A stretch of 64,000 nt of DNA, taken from IMG/VR virus record IMGVR_UViG_3300025030_000041, positions 62,001-126,000 of that record. One strand, 5' to 3'. This document shows positions 17,003 to 27,724 of this stretch, one piece after another (the stretch's first letter is position 1; the number at the start of each line of letters is the position of its first letter). The notes under the pieces were generated by a model. It ran no database searches and was not told where the DNA came from. It saw nothing but the letters and a program-made list of their open reading frames with translations. Both the position numbers and the translations under genes were made by a program.

Positions 17003-17596
17003 ATGGAAACAATTATAAGAAAATGCAAAAAGCATGGAGAAACTGAATTTTATTTTTATAGCTCTAAAGTTTTTATATGTAAAGAATGTGCAAAAGCTAG
17101 AAGAAGAGAAAAATATAAAAAATCTCCTAAATATGATAAAGACTATTTTAAAAAATGGAAAGAAAAAAATAAAGATAAATTATATAGTTTACATAAAAAA
17201 TGGGTAGCTAAAAAAAGATTAAAAAAGAATTTAGTGTTTGAACAATTTTATCTTAATCATAACGACTATTTTAAATCTATTAAACACATTTTCGATTTAT
17301 CTTTATCTAAAGCCCAAATAAAAACAATATTTAAATGTAAAGATTTATTGCTAAAGCTAACTAATGACGACATTTTTAACATGATAGCTGAACATAAACT
17401 AAAAAAATTAAAGCCATATATATTATGGAGTCAATCTCGTATGGCAAAATTTAGATTTAGAAAAGAGATTTCTAAATTTGGCGAATATAAAAACTGTAAT
17501 AAAACATTAAAATCGGCAATTAAAAAAATGGCAGTTGATGATACTATAAAAAAACTTAAAGATAAGGCCATTGAATTTAATACTAAAAAAATATAA
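17003..17596 (+). CDS. basic hypothetical protein with N-terminal Zn-finger-like motif
   Basis: CKKH...CKEC. Confidence 0.6.
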   Translation: METIIRKCKKHGETEFYFYSSKVFICKECAKARRREKYKKSPKYDKDYFKKWKEKNKDKLYSLHKKWVAKKRLKKNLVFEQFYLNHNDYFKSIKHIFDLSLSKAQIKTIFKCKDLLLKLTNDDIFNMIAEHKLKKLKPYILWSQSRMAKFRFRKEISKFGEYKNCNKTLKSAIKKMAVDDTIKKLKDKAIEFNTKKI

Positions 17597-17701
17597 TTTT
17601 AAATTAATAAAAGATAAAAATAAAGTATTGTGGAATTTATGATATATGATTGTCTGCAATATTGTTAATACTAAATTAATAAGTTATAAAAATAAAATAA
17701 C

Positions 17702-17908
17702 GTGAGGCTTGAATTAAATTTAAGTAATGAGGAAAAAGAAAAAATATTAGAATGGAAAAAGTCTCTTCCAAATAATAACCGTGTGTTTATTTATGCATTT
17801 ATTGAAAATGGTAAATACTCAGATCGCCATTATAAACTTCACAAATTTGTAATAAAAAGTGATGACGCTTTTATATTAGAAGTTGCAGATAATGTTGAAA
17901 TGTTATAG
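17702..17908 (+). CDS. hypothetical protein
   Basis: ORF. Confidence 0.5.
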   Translation: MRLELNLSNEEKEKILEWKKSLPNNNRVFIYAFIENGKYSDRHYKLHKFVIKSDDAFILEVADNVEML

Positions 17909-17921
17909 CTAAATTAAAAAA

Positions 17922-18296
17922 ATGAGAACAATAAAGTACAGAGCAAAAGATATGTCAAATGAGTGGGTTTATGGTAATTTTATCCATTCTAAAAGATTTA
18001 AAGGATGCTCAAACGAATTTAGAATACACAATCCAGAAACTGGATTAGAAAGCGATATTTTAATTGATACACTTTGCCAATTAGTTGCAATTAGAAATGG
18101 TATTGAGTTTTACGAGCATGACATTGTAGAAGACTTTTTATCTATTCGTTGGAATGACGATATCGCTTCATTTGAATTTTATTGTACTCATTCAGGAGAA
18201 AGCTGCAATGGAGACACTAACTGGTATGAGAACGATGACATATTAAATAGAGTTATTGGCAATATTTTTGATAATCCTGAAATAGTAGAAGGCTAA
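17922..18296 (+). CDS. YopX-family protein
   Basis: MRTIKYRA...WVYG...YEHDIV...VIGNIFDNPE. Confidence 0.85.
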   Translation: MRTIKYRAKDMSNEWVYGNFIHSKRFKGCSNEFRIHNPETGLESDILIDTLCQLVAIRNGIEFYEHDIVEDFLSIRWNDDIASFEFYCTHSGESCNGDTNWYENDDILNRVIGNIFDNPEIVEG

Positions 18297-18380
18297 CTTA
18301 AATAGAATTAGGATAATTGCACATTAATAAAAATATTTTTATTTTTGAATAAATAATAAAATAAAACATTTTTAAAAACA

Positions 18381-18716
18381 ATGGAACAAAAATTATTATA
18401 TACATTAGTTGGAGTAAGTATATTTTTTTGTATGATGAGTGGGTGTTTTTCGTGTAGAACTTATACTAAAATTAATAATAATAACGAAACTACTATTAAA
18501 ATTCAAGATAGTTTAATAAATATTATTATAGATTTAAAAAAGTCGACTTATACTAAAAAACAATTAGACTTATTGTTTGAAAAACAGTCATATTATATGG
18601 AAAAAACTACACTATTTAATATGAATCAAATAGTTCTTACTAAAAATAGGCCAGACCAAAAGATTAACGAAATTGATCAAAGGATTAACGAAATTAATAA
18701 AAAAATTAATGAATAA
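18381..18716 (+). CDS. membrane-anchored hypothetical protein
   Basis: N-terminal hydrophobic helix. Confidence 0.65.
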   Translation: MEQKLLYTLVGVSIFFCMMSGCFSCRTYTKINNNNETTIKIQDSLINIIIDLKKSTYTKKQLDLLFEKQSYYMEKTTLFNMNQIVLTKNRPDQKINEIDQRINEINKKINE

Positions 18717-19340
18717 ATGATAAAACATTTTTCTAGTAAAAATATTCTTTTTATTTTCTTTGCTGTACCCTTCATCTCTAGTATTCTTTCAACTATACAT
18801 TTAATATCATTCGCTGGGTTAGCTAATCCTTTCTTTCTATCTGTATTACTCGCTACTACGTTTGAACTAGGGTCTCTTGTGTCATTTATAGTTGGTAGCG
18901 GCAAAACTCTATTGAAAAAAATTAAAAAGAGTTATGTTATCTTAATGTTCTTAATTCTTTTTATTTTACAAGCCTTTGGTAATGTTTATGCGTCATATGA
19001 TTATATACGCCATAAATTAATGGAAGACCCAACTTGGCTAGATACATTCATGGATATGATGCTAGGTGCATTAGATTTACAAATGAGTAAGTTTATTGTA
19101 TCAATATTAATAGGATTGCCTATACCATTAATATCATTAATTTTATTGAAATCTGGAGTAGACTATATATCCGAAGAAGAGGATGACATATTACCTAAAC
19201 AGGAAAAAATAATAGAACCAGTTATAGTAGTAAAAACTGAAGATACTATACTACCTAATTTTGAAATAAATAAACCAGAAGAAACTATACAAACAATAGA
19301 TGGAAAAAATAATACTATAGGCGAACCCTATATGCAATAA
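18717..19340 (+). CDS. multi-pass membrane protein
   Basis: About 4 hydrophobic helices. Confidence 0.75.
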   Translation: MIKHFSSKNILFIFFAVPFISSILSTIHLISFAGLANPFFLSVLLATTFELGSLVSFIVGSGKTLLKKIKKSYVILMFLILFILQAFGNVYASYDYIRHKLMEDPTWLDTFMDMMLGALDLQMSKFIVSILIGLPIPLISLILLKSGVDYISEEEDDILPKQEKIIEPVIVVKTEDTILPNFEINKPEETIQTIDGKNNTIGEPYMQ

Positions 19341-19341
19341 T

Positions 19342-19845
19342 ATGGCTCAGATAACTAGAATTTGTGCAGATAGTCAAGATACAATTAAAAAACTAATTAT
19401 TCAAAATAATAATTTTGATATTATTTTAAAAGATAAGGTGCTTTTTAGTTTTTTAATGGCTGGATTTGTATATCCAGTTGATTCTTATGAATATATTTCA
19501 GATACCCTTACATATAACCAATCTATAAATCTTTTTGATAATACCAATTTAACTAAACAAGTCAAAGGCATAATTATTAAAGTAAATTATCCTTTACAAG
19601 ATAATAAGCAATATATACCACTTGAAAAACAATACTTGCAAATGGATATATATGATGATAATTTACCCAGTAGTCCGTCTATGTATGTAAGACAAAAAAT
19701 ACATAATTTATATGTTAACTTAATGCCACCAACTACTGATACAATACTATTAAATATAGGCCTAATTAATAGTATCACATTAACTAATATACACCAAGAA
19801 AATTATAATATAGAAGTATCTATATTATTGATAAAACAAAAATAG
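19342..19845 (+). CDS. hypothetical protein
   Basis: ORF. Confidence 0.65.
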   Translation: MAQITRICADSQDTIKKLIIQNNNFDIILKDKVLFSFLMAGFVYPVDSYEYISDTLTYNQSINLFDNTNLTKQVKGIIIKVNYPLQDNKQYIPLEKQYLQMDIYDDNLPSSPSMYVRQKIHNLYVNLMPPTTDTILLNIGLINSITLTNIHQENYNIEVSILLIKQK

Positions 19846-19861
19846 GTGTTATATTTAAATG

Positions 19862-21613
19862 CTATCTTTTCCAAACAAAAATATAGTTACCACTATTATA
19901 ACATTCTTTATAATCCAATCCATGCATTATCTCAAACTCCGTTTTATCAATACTATAATTACTTAATTTATGCTTAACGTAAACTTGTCTATTATACCTC
20001 TTATAATTTTTAGTATAAAAATACCCAGGTCTAGACTCTCCTAAATAATCAAACCCCATATTAATATAAACATTTTCGTCAAATCTAAACGCCCAATCTC
20101 TATTAGAATACGTTAAAACCAAATTAATTTCACTATACTTATTAATAAAATAAGAAAATAACCTATTAGCTGCCCCAATAACATTAGTATTCAACTTATT
20201 ACAAAACCTATACAACTCTAAATCATATTTTTCCTTGTTTTTATTCCCATACCTAATCTTTCCAAATGTCATCAAACTAACTAACTCCTCTCCATAATAC
20301 AAACCTATATTATATTTACTCATACACTTGCCCTGCAAATGATTATCTTCTAAAAATTTATTAGACTCTTTAAACGATACTTCTCGTATCACACACTTCC
20401 TAGAATATATCCTATTAGGAGTTTTATTTAAAAGGTTAAGTATACGTGATTTAATAATATTTTTTCTATATAACCAATCATCTTCCCATATATGAACTAG
20501 ATGGACCTTTTGTTTTATACAATTAACGGTTTTATTTAAATGATAATTTTTATTTTTTAGTATTACATTATTATGTGCATAAAAACTATTATATTCAAAT
20601 GCTAAGTTTAATTCAGGTATATAAATATCTAATTCCTTTGGTGAAATAACAGTTCTATTATTTTGAATAACATTAAAGTCAGTATTATTTTTAATAAATT
20701 CATAAATTTCAGTTTGACAAATACTTGAGCTTAATGGATTACAATTTAAGCATGGAGTTTCTATTTTATATTTTTCTACTCTTTGCTGTAAAAGATTATT
20801 ATTAATAATATATTCAGTATTACATTTATCACATAGTATAGTTATATCTCTATCATAATCTACATTAATAATATTTAAGTTTGGATATTGCGCTAGTATT
20901 CGTTTTCTAGTTTTTTCTAGTTTTTTCTTTTTAATTTCTTCTCTATTTATCTTAAGAGATTCTATTCCAGCTAATCTAACTTCAGGAACTTGAAATGGAT
21001 GAAAATATTTTCCATTAGTTTTTTCTATAAATGTCTTTCTCTTTTTTTCTTTTAGTTTAATACTACTATCAGTTCCTTTTCCATAATTTTTTGAAAAAGT
21101 ATTTGATGCTTTTTCTTTAACCCAACTAATTTGTTTAATATTGTCTACACCATACTTATCTCTAATTGTATCTTTTCTTTTTAAATACGCAGTATTTCCT
21201 TTCGCTAATGGGTTATCCTCTCCTTTTAAATGCTTATGATTTCCAGAAATATGATTCTTAATATACTTTTCTTTCTTTTTAAGTTTAACGTCTAAATCAT
21301 TATTAATACATTTCATACTACAATATACTGAATATCCTAATGACAACCCTCTAAATTTAGGGAAATTAATCTTACAACACTTACATATAGGTACACAGTT
21401 CAATTCATAAATATAATGATAAATCTGTTGTGTAAATGATAGATCTATCAAATCATTTAATTTACTATTCTCTTCTATTAAATTAAATAAATCAGGATTA
21501 TTATTATTTAACTTTTTTCTGACACACTTCCACCCTGATTTATTATCAGTCATAAAATATTCTAATACTTCAGTTTTCATTTTTCCATTCAAATTTATAA
21601 TTTCCACAATCAT
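19862..21613 (-). CDS. putative homing endonuclease (Hef/Vsr-like PD-(D/E)XK) paralog 1
   Basis: KYGVDN repeats, ELDIYIPELNLAFEYN, HIWEDDW, C-terminal NHLQG...ELYRFC domain. Confidence 0.7.
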   Translation of the reverse strand: MIVEIINLNGKMKTEVLEYFMTDNKSGWKCVRKKLNNNNPDLFNLIEENSKLNDLIDLSFTQQIYHYIYELNCVPICKCCKINFPKFRGLSLGYSVYCSMKCINNDLDVKLKKKEKYIKNHISGNHKHLKGEDNPLAKGNTAYLKRKDTIRDKYGVDNIKQISWVKEKASNTFSKNYGKGTDSSIKLKEKKRKTFIEKTNGKYFHPFQVPEVRLAGIESLKINREEIKKKKLEKTRKRILAQYPNLNIINVDYDRDITILCDKCNTEYIINNNLLQQRVEKYKIETPCLNCNPLSSSICQTEIYEFIKNNTDFNVIQNNRTVISPKELDIYIPELNLAFEYNSFYAHNNVILKNKNYHLNKTVNCIKQKVHLVHIWEDDWLYRKNIIKSRILNLLNKTPNRIYSRKCVIREVSFKESNKFLEDNHLQGKCMSKYNIGLYYGEELVSLMTFGKIRYGNKNKEKYDLELYRFCNKLNTNVIGAANRLFSYFINKYSEINLVLTYSNRDWAFRFDENVYINMGFDYLGESRPGYFYTKNYKRYNRQVYVKHKLSNYSIDKTEFEIMHGLDYKECYNSGNYIFVWKR

Positions 21614-23324
21614 ACACTCTATAAATATTCCGGCTTAGCATTATCTCATGCCCTGTCATATTCTTATCGTATCCTTCTCTTACTAATACATCCTTCCTAA
21701 AATTAAACCTATGCCTCCTTACTCCATCTATAACATACCAATAATTAGGTCCACTTGTACTAGCATACCTAAATCCTAACTTAATATATAAATTATCATC
21801 CTTATAATTTGTCCAACCCTGGTCGGCATAACTTATAATTTTATATGGATTATATGTTTCTATAAAATATTTAAATAGTTTAGAGGCCGCTCCTACTACA
21901 CTAGTATTTAACTTATTGCAAAACCTCAATAACTCATACTCGTCAATCTTATTTTTACTGCCTAATGACTTCCTCAATTTACCAAATGTCATCAAACTTA
22001 CTAACTCCTCCCTGTTATACAAACCTATATTGTATTTACTTACGCACTTTCCCTGCAAATGATTATCTTCTAAAAACTGATTAGACTCTTTAAACGACAC
22101 TTCTCTAACCCCGCACTTCCTAGAATATATCCGATTAGGAGTCTTATTTAAAAGGTTAAGAATTCGTGATTTAATAATATCTTGCTTAAATACCCAGTTA
22201 TCCTCAAATATGTGAATTAAGGTTATACCAGTTTTATTACACTCAAACGTTTTATTTAAATGATAATTATTGCCTTTAAATAACTCATTATGCCAATATA
22301 CTCCATTAAATTCAAATGCTAATTTATAATCAGGTAAATATGCATCTAATTCATTATATTTAAAATTTTTTAAAACTTTTTTATTCTCATATACATATTC
22401 ATTAGACTTAACATTATCTTTTATAAAATTTAATAACTCTTTTTCAGCAATAGAACATTTTTTAAAAATAGGAGGATTACCCTTGCGACATGGGGAAGTT
22501 TTAAATTTAATACATCTATTAAATGGTCCAACTAAAATATCAAAAATTGAATTACAACTATTACAACTTACAGTATAGGATTTCATATTATACTCTATGA
22601 TGATATTAATATTTAAAAAATCGTTAGATATTTTCTTTTTTATATTTAAAGCGTTTAAACTTTTAGTTTTACCACTCCTTTTACCTATATCTTTAAATTG
22701 TGATACATTTTTTACATTATATTTTTTTAAATTAGTTTGTTTAGTTTTTTCTTTAATAATACTACTAGCTAATCCTACTCCATTATATAATCTCATGTGC
22801 GTATCAAGAGCTTTCTGTTTTATTTCATTAGACTGTAAAGGAGATTCTACACCATATAAATTGAGCGTCGTATTCTTATATGTTTCTCTTACTTTAGGAT
22901 TAGACCAATTATGATAATACCCAGTTTTTTCAAAACACTTCTGCTTAAATTTATTTTTAGCATCATTATTTTTTAAAAAATGGTCTTCACCATATTTTTT
23001 TTTACACGTATTTTTAAAAGAATCATTCTTAGATTTTATCTTACATTCTTTATTTCCACATGTTTTATGATAATACCCTGTAAATAATAATGGATTATTA
23101 CAATAATTGCACCTTTTAATTTCTTTTATATCATATATTAAACTATGTATTCTTTGAGTTATTGAAGCGCTTATTAAATCTAAATAGGAAGTCTCAATAA
23201 CTATAATTTTATTAAAACTCTCACGATTCTTTGCTAAAAGAACTAATGAACTATACCTTATATTAGATGACTCCTTTATATGTTTAATTTCATTAAACAA
23301 AAATTCTCTATTGTATACTTTCAT
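21570..23324 (-). CDS. putative homing endonuclease (Hef/Vsr-like PD-(D/E)XK) paralog 2
   Basis: KKYG repeats, ELDAYLPDYKLAFEFNGVYWH, same C-terminal domain. Confidence 0.7.
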   Translation of the reverse strand: MKVYNREFLFNEIKHIKESSNIRYSSLVLLAKNRESFNKIIVIETSYLDLISASITQRIHSLIYDIKEIKRCNYCNNPLLFTGYYHKTCGNKECKIKSKNDSFKNTCKKKYGEDHFLKNNDAKNKFKQKCFEKTGYYHNWSNPKVRETYKNTTLNLYGVESPLQSNEIKQKALDTHMRLYNGVGLASSIIKEKTKQTNLKKYNVKNVSQFKDIGKRSGKTKSLNALNIKKKISNDFLNINIIIEYNMKSYTVSCNSCNSIFDILVGPFNRCIKFKTSPCRKGNPPIFKKCSIAEKELLNFIKDNVKSNEYVYENKKVLKNFKYNELDAYLPDYKLAFEFNGVYWHNELFKGNNYHLNKTFECNKTGITLIHIFEDNWVFKQDIIKSRILNLLNKTPNRIYSRKCGVREVSFKESNQFLEDNHLQGKCVSKYNIGLYNREELVSLMTFGKLRKSLGSKNKIDEYELLRFCNKLNTSVVGAASKLFKYFIETYNPYKIISYADQGWTNYKDDNLYIKLGFRYASTSGPNYWYVIDGVRRHRFNFRKDVLVREGYDKNMTGHEIMLSRNIYRVYDCGNYKFEWKNEN

Positions 23325-23397
23325 ATTAATCTTTATTTTATAGTATTCCTATTACTTATATTATTTATTTAGCAAAATGTTTTAGTCTATATAAAAT

Positions 23398-23428
23398 AAA
23401 AATGGCCCCTATTTCTAGGAGCCATTTT
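23398..23428 (-). terminator. terminator after major capsid gene
   Basis: aaaatggc-cct / agg-gccatttt hairpin. Confidence 0.65.
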
Positions 23429-23448
23429 AGAACTAATCTAATTTAGAA

Positions 23449-25068
23449 TTAGATAAGATTTCCGCCATCTACTACTTTAAATACAAAGTACTGATTTTGA
23501 GGATGGAATCCTGCATCAGTGATTGCATATCTACTCTTTATAGCAAGTTTTGGCCCAAATGTAGATTCGCTAATGGTCTGAAGAGATTCTGCCATAATGT
23601 ATGGAAGGAATTTCAATCCAGGTTCATCATCTTTTCCTTTTCTACCAACTAGAACTCTTTGGTCATTCCAGTTGAGGTTAGGGTCAACGTAGATAGAGAG
23701 GCCATAAACTTTTCCCATTGGGTAGAGTTGTCCAGCTCCTTTTGGCATGTCCATAGGAGCAGAGTTGAATGAATAACCTTGGTTATCCATCATAGCAGCT
23801 GCTATACGGCCATTTGTTACTACGTATTCACCGGCTCCGAAGCGACCTCTGTGGTAGATCAATTGAGATACTTGCATAACTCTTGAGATTAATCTTCTTT
23901 GGAAAGTTGATTGATTTTCAAAAGTTGAAGTAATTGCAGTAAGATCTAGAATTTTAAGGTCTGAACCTTCTGCTTTAACTAATTGATTTGCATGAGTTGT
24001 TCCAAGTTTGAAAAGTTCAGCAACAATTTTCTTAGAAATTGATTGAGAAATTTCGTTAACCCCAACATTTTCAAGCATAGAGATTACATCATAATTCCAT
24101 ACTCGGTTAAGGTCTTGGATTTGTTCAACTGTAGCAGAGATAGATACTTGGTCTCCTTTAGCTTCTATCCATTTAGTGAACATTTTAAGGTTCATTTGAC
24201 GGAAAGTTGAGTTTTCTGCAGTTTCACGGGTCATTCCACCAACTGTGTATGTAGACATATCAGAAGGTAAGAAGTTTCCATTCCAGTCTTGGTCATCATT
24301 ATCACCAGCTCCAGAGAAACCAGAAATATGATTTTCAAGAGCAGAAACTAAAGATGCAGCGTGGGTAGAACCCAAGTTGAAACTATAGGTATTAATTCCT
24401 ACAGTAAGATTCATCTCATTAGCAGATGTAACAACATCTGCAATTGAAAGAGCATCATCAACAGAAACTACTCTGAAGATAATAGCGCCATCAATACGAG
24501 ATTTACCAACAACTTTAAAAGTTGCTAGAACTGTAGCAGGAGATCCATCAGCTGTAACTGTAATAGTTTGACCAGCAGAAAGATCACCGAAAGTAGCAGC
24601 AGGTGAACCTGTTAATGTAGTATCAACGTCGATGTTAGATACTTTAATTAGGAAAGGTTCATTTACACTGTCTAATTTACCACCAGCATAAACATAGTCT
24701 AAGTAAGGAAGGAATCCTACTGGAGAATCCATTGGAATTACCGGAACTAGGTCGAATGCGATAGTTTTAGCTGCAACTTGCATAGCAACAGGAAGAAGTG
24801 TTGGAAATTTATCACCTGATCCTAAAGCTGTACGTGTTGGTGCTAAGGGTGCTCCCATACCATTAATTGAATTAGGGGTTTGGAAGTTTAAGCCTGGAGT
24901 TGATTCAAATAGAGCGCCAGAATTGTCAAACATAGCATGATAATGACAATATTCAGCAATCCATTGCTTTTTATATGTGTCAGTAATACCCTGTTTGTCA
25001 ATCATATGACTCCATGTCTCATTAATCTCTTGGCTGTTTAATTTGCGAAATACTCTTGAATTTGACAT
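23449..25068 (-). CDS. major capsid protein (T4 gp23-like)
   Basis: DLVPVIPMDSPVG, EQIQDL, VYVDP-like IYVDP, FLPYI, PKLAIKSRYA; directly downstream of the protease. Confidence 0.92.
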   Translation of the reverse strand: MSNSRVFRKLNSQEINETWSHMIDKQGITDTYKKQWIAEYCHYHAMFDNSGALFESTPGLNFQTPNSINGMGAPLAPTRTALGSGDKFPTLLPVAMQVAAKTIAFDLVPVIPMDSPVGFLPYLDYVYAGGKLDSVNEPFLIKVSNIDVDTTLTGSPAATFGDLSAGQTITVTADGSPATVLATFKVVGKSRIDGAIIFRVVSVDDALSIADVVTSANEMNLTVGINTYSFNLGSTHAASLVSALENHISGFSGAGDNDDQDWNGNFLPSDMSTYTVGGMTRETAENSTFRQMNLKMFTKWIEAKGDQVSISATVEQIQDLNRVWNYDVISMLENVGVNEISQSISKKIVAELFKLGTTHANQLVKAEGSDLKILDLTAITSTFENQSTFQRRLISRVMQVSQLIYHRGRFGAGEYVVTNGRIAAAMMDNQGYSFNSAPMDMPKGAGQLYPMGKVYGLSIYVDPNLNWNDQRVLVGRKGKDDEPGLKFLPYIMAESLQTISESTFGPKLAIKSRYAITDAGFHPQNQYFVFKVVDGGNLI

Positions 25069-25099
25069 TGTTTAATTAATTTGTTTTTTTTGGAGTTTT

Positions 25100-27145
25100 T
25101 TATAAATTTTTGTTAATCATTCCTTGGATTTTTTCCAAGTATTCTTTACTATAATTTCTAGTCGTAAATTTCGGCTCATTGGTCTTCTCTTCTTTACTTT
25201 GAGAAGTTTTATTTGATTCGTTTACTTTTTTAGTAGACGATTCTTCTTTAAATTTAGAAACTAAACCTTTAAGGTCTAATCGTGTATCCCAGAAGTTTTT
25301 AACTTGGTATGGGGTTTTTACTTCTCTAACTGAGGCTTGATTATAAATAACAGTTTTTTGTGCTTCATTTAAATTTTCCCATACTTGTTTATATTCTTCT
25401 GGCATATATTTAATAAAAGTAGGAGTATTATTTTCTATAGTCGTTACGGTTCCTTCTATAATTGACATTACATCTTTTTCATTGAAGTATACTCCTTTAT
25501 TTAAAGCTTCAACTATTTTTTCTTTTGTTTTATAATCATAAGAATAGAATTTATCTTTCTTGCTTTCTGATAATAGAGCTAAGAACGGATATTTTTTACT
25601 TTCGATAATTGCTTTAGGTTCATTTGAATTAATTTCAGCTAGAGTTTTTTCTATTTTCTCATTTAGTTTAGTATAGTAATCTAAGTTATTGTTTATATTT
25701 TTTACAGTTGAATTTGATTCTTGAACTTTTTCAACTAAAGTTTCCATTTTAGGAGTTACTTTAGGAGCTATTGCAAACATATTTGTATTTAAATTTTCTG
25801 CAATATGTTCAGTATATTTAATACCACAGTTTAATTGTTCAGCAAGATAATCGCTAAATTCTAAAGAATCATTAATAGAAGTCGACAAATAATTACTAAA
25901 GTTAATATTATTTTCAAGTAGTTTAGCAATATGTTCTGAATATGATATACCATTATTAATGGATTCCGCTAAATAATTTCCGTATTTAATTGCTTCATTA
26001 GTTTTTTGAGCAACATGTTCAGAGTATCCAATTGTATTATTAATATTTTCCGCTAAATAATTACTATGCTCAATTGATTTATTAAGATTTTCTGCAATAT
26101 AATTAGAGAAGTTAATATTATTATTAGTATTTTCTGCTACGTGCTGTGTATAATTGATATTATTATTAATGTGTTCAGCTAAATATTCATTATATTTAAT
26201 AATACCATTCATATTATCAGCTAAATGATCTATATATTCAACTATTTTATTAATTTCTGTTTTATCAGAATTAGCTGGTATATTAGACTCTTTATTTTCA
26301 GTAACAGGAACTAACTTAGATTTAACATCAGATAGCTGTGTTTTAAGAGTTTCAAATTCTTTTTTTACTATTTCAGAATAACCTTGCATTTGATTGCGCG
26401 TTACGTATTCATTTTCTTTAACTTCTGTCATATTAGTTGAAGTATTTTTTTCTTTATTTATTTGTTTATTTATATTAGAATTTTCGGTTGGAATCTCGAA
26501 TACCTCTACATCATCACCGAAGTTTAAACTTTCAGAAATATTTTTAAGTTTTGAAGTAATAGAATTTTTCTTAATAGTTTGTAAACTTTCAAAAATAAAA
26601 TTATAATTACTATTTAAGCTTTCATTAAGAGTTGGTTTTAATATAGCCTCACTAAATCCAGGTTCGCATACTAAATCATAAGTAAAAATTTTATGTAAAT
26701 TTACTTTACCTTCATTTGTCACTTGTCCAGCTGCTCTAGATGATACAGCAATTGGAATACCTGAATCAACTAAAGTTTTAGCGATTTTACCCATTGGAGT
26801 ATCTAATATTCTCAATTTAATAGATATTGTTCTACTATCTTGATTATAATTTAAATTTTCTATAATATGAGAAGCATTCTTATATGATACTTCAAATGCC
26901 TCAGGATGGTCAAGCTCTCCTAATAACATTCGCTTACTAATCTTTTCATTTAACGCATCCAAATGAGGTAAATAGTCTTTCTCTTCATATATTCTATTAT
27001 TATTATTTCTTTTACCAAATACTGCGCAAATACCTTCTAAAACATACGAATCATTTTCTTTCTTTAAAGAAAGAGGAGCCGACTTTTCTAAAATCAAAAC
27101 TTCATTAAATGAAGGAGTTTCAGACATGATTTTACCTACTGCCAT
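25100..27145 (-). CDS. prohead protease (gp21-like) fused to scaffold/core domain
   Basis: NNNRIY, GELDHP, VSSRAAG, YDLVCEPGF, followed by 14-aa repeats. Confidence 0.9.
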   Translation of the reverse strand: MAVGKIMSETPSFNEVLILEKSAPLSLKKENDSYVLEGICAVFGKRNNNNRIYEEKDYLPHLDALNEKISKRMLLGELDHPEAFEVSYKNASHIIENLNYNQDSRTISIKLRILDTPMGKIAKTLVDSGIPIAVSSRAAGQVTNEGKVNLHKIFTYDLVCEPGFSEAILKPTLNESLNSNYNFIFESLQTIKKNSITSKLKNISESLNFGDDVEVFEIPTENSNINKQINKEKNTSTNMTEVKENEYVTRNQMQGYSEIVKKEFETLKTQLSDVKSKLVPVTENKESNIPANSDKTEINKIVEYIDHLADNMNGIIKYNEYLAEHINNNINYTQHVAENTNNNINFSNYIAENLNKSIEHSNYLAENINNTIGYSEHVAQKTNEAIKYGNYLAESINNGISYSEHIAKLLENNINFSNYLSTSINDSLEFSDYLAEQLNCGIKYTEHIAENLNTNMFAIAPKVTPKMETLVEKVQESNSTVKNINNNLDYYTKLNEKIEKTLAEINSNEPKAIIESKKYPFLALLSESKKDKFYSYDYKTKEKIVEALNKGVYFNEKDVMSIIEGTVTTIENNTPTFIKYMPEEYKQVWENLNEAQKTVIYNQASVREVKTPYQVKNFWDTRLDLKGLVSKFKEESSTKKVNESNKTSQSKEEKTNEPKFTTRNYSKEYLEKIQGMINKNL

Positions 27146-27199
27146 ATTAAATCTTTATTTTTATTATTTATATAAATTTTTTTATTATAAAACCTTTTT

Positions 27200-27721
27200 T
27201 TAAACATAAACTTTTCCTTTTACATCAATTACTTTTCTTACTTCTCTTACTGTAAATTTTTTAGTATTATTCTCAATATTAAAGTATTCTCCTACCGCTG
27301 TAGGAGCTCCTTCAAGACTAGTTAAATAATTATCAGAACAATCAAAATCACCACCTACTATTTTTGGACTTCCTTCTAAACTAGTTAAATTATTATTATA
27401 ATAACAACAACCAAAAAAACCAGTTACTTCTTCTAGGTTTAGCTCTTTCAAATTATTTATTTCTTTTAGTCTAACATTACCAATTATAACTTTAATATTC
27501 TTAAAGTCTTGTATATTATTTTTAGTTATAATAATCGTTTTATCGAAGGGTTTAGCTACGAATATTTGTTCTTTGGTATAACCTTTATTGAGGTAAGGAA
27601 GTAATAAATCATCCCACCGTTCTTTAAGTCGTCTAGGTATAAATATATCTTTAGCACTAAGCTTAGACTTATTAGATTCTTCTTCAGATATAAATTGTTC
27701 AAATAGCTTTATATGCTTCAT
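27200..27721 (-). CDS. LRR-like (LTSLEG) paralog with MKHIKLFEQF leader
   Basis: 22-aa repeats; paralog family. Confidence 0.85.
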   Translation of the reverse strand: MKHIKLFEQFISEEESNKSKLSAKDIFIPRRLKERWDDLLLPYLNKGYTKEQIFVAKPFDKTIIITKNNIQDFKNIKVIIGNVRLKEINNLKELNLEEVTGFFGCCYYNNNLTSLEGSPKIVGGDFDCSDNYLTSLEGAPTAVGEYFNIENNTKKFTVREVRKVIDVKGKVYV

Positions 27722-27724
27722 TAT

